Assembly (NCBI RefSeq): GCF_021730395.1
Contig: NC_069364.1
Span: 83,531,972-83,595,971, forward strand
DNA length: 64,000 nucleotides
Source of the DNA: Mercenaria mercenaria
Taxonomy: Eukaryota
Direction of reading: 5' to 3'
Part shown: piece after piece, positions 63,523-64,000 of the stretch
Layout of the letters: each line of letters begins with the position of its first letter
Position numbering within the stretch: position 1 is the stretch's first letter
The notes under the pieces: model-generated
Databases searched by the model: none
What the model saw: only the letters and a program-made list of their open reading frames with translations
Told to the model about the DNA's origin: nothing
Translations under genes and position numbers: made by a program

Positions 63523-64000
63523 AGCTCACCTGAGTTCGAAGTACTCAAAGGTGAGCTTTAGTGATCGCCCTGTGTCTGTCGTCAACAATTTGACCGTTAA
63601 CACTCTAGAGGTCACATTTTTGGCCCAATCTTAATGAAACTTGGTCAGAATGTTACCCTCAATAAAATCTTGGACGAGTTCGATATTGGGTCATCTGGGA
63701 TCAAAAACTAGGTCATCAGGTCAAATCAAAGGAAAAGCTTGTTAACACTCTAGAGGTCACATTTTTGGCCCAATCTTAATGAAACTTGGTCAGAATGTTA
63801 CCCTCAATAAAATCTTGGACAAGTTTGATATTGGGTCATCTGGGGTCAAAAACTAGGTCATCAGGTCAAATCAAAGGAAAAGCTTGTTAACACTTTAGAG
63901 GTCACATTTTTGGCCCAATCTTAATGAAACTTGGTCAGAATGTTACCCTCAATAAAATCTTGGACGAGTTCAATATTGGGTCATCTGGGGTCAAAAACTA
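63523..64000 (+). mobile_element. Helitron-like element, 5' part; continues past the window end
   Basis: The 5' end is AGCTCACCTGAGTTCGAAGTACTCAAAGGTGAGCT, then TTAGTGATCGCCCTGTGTCTGTCGTCAACAATTTGACC, then a ~120-bp array (...GGTCACATTTTTGGCCCAATCTTAATGAAACTTGGTCAGAATG...). Confidence 0.45.

Noticed and set aside
1-64000. CRISPR array or other prokaryotic defence system, as suggested by the many regular tandem arrays
   Set aside because: Periods are 120-190 bp with no alternation of conserved repeats and unique spacers. The context is eukaryotic (spliced genes, LINEs, poly-A signals). No cas-like ORFs are present.

Overview
This window is metazoan nuclear DNA, not prokaryotic. It has GT-AG introns, AATAAA signals, LINE retrotransposons and satellite-bearing Helitron-like elements, and the repeat families point to a mollusc, probably a bivalve (inference). 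I found no CRISPR array, operon or prokaryotic defence or secretion system; the tandem arrays lack unique spacers.

Three host genes can be supported:
- **Ras-like GTPase exon (328-798, +):** terminal coding exon of a RERG-like small GTPase.
- **Ankyrin/SOCS-box gene (7906-9555, +):** intronless 549-codon ASB-like ORF.
- **C2H2 zinc-finger gene (45440-46441, 48220-48495, 50050-50594, +):** at least three exons; one zinc finger is only completed by splicing exon 2 to exon 3. The first exon is low-complexity, with about six tandem 13-aa repeats (LGDNEVPETSGTP).

Most of the remainder is mobile DNA, with many nested insertions:
- **LINE fragments:** several CR1/L2-like pieces, including one nearly complete LINE (5' ORF with a 2A-like DIEPNPGP motif and a zinc finger, then APE endonuclease and RT). 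That LINE is split at a single codon by a 4.4-kb non-autonomous TIR element with 15-bp terminal inverted repeats and a 5-bp CTAGG target duplication.
- **Foldback element:** a long-TIR element sits against the LINE 3' end.
- **Helitron-like elements:** at least a dozen non-autonomous copies carry internal satellite arrays. They share a palindromic 5' end (AGCTCACCTG...CAGGTGAGCT or ATGCC...GGCAT), a GTC-rich spacer, and a 3' hairpin followed by ...CTCTTGT before a T. Several are nested in one another or inside tandem arrays.
- **Small hairpins and MITEs:** several MITE-like inverted repeats and perfect hairpins.

All coordinates are hand-read from the sequence and are approximate to a few bases.
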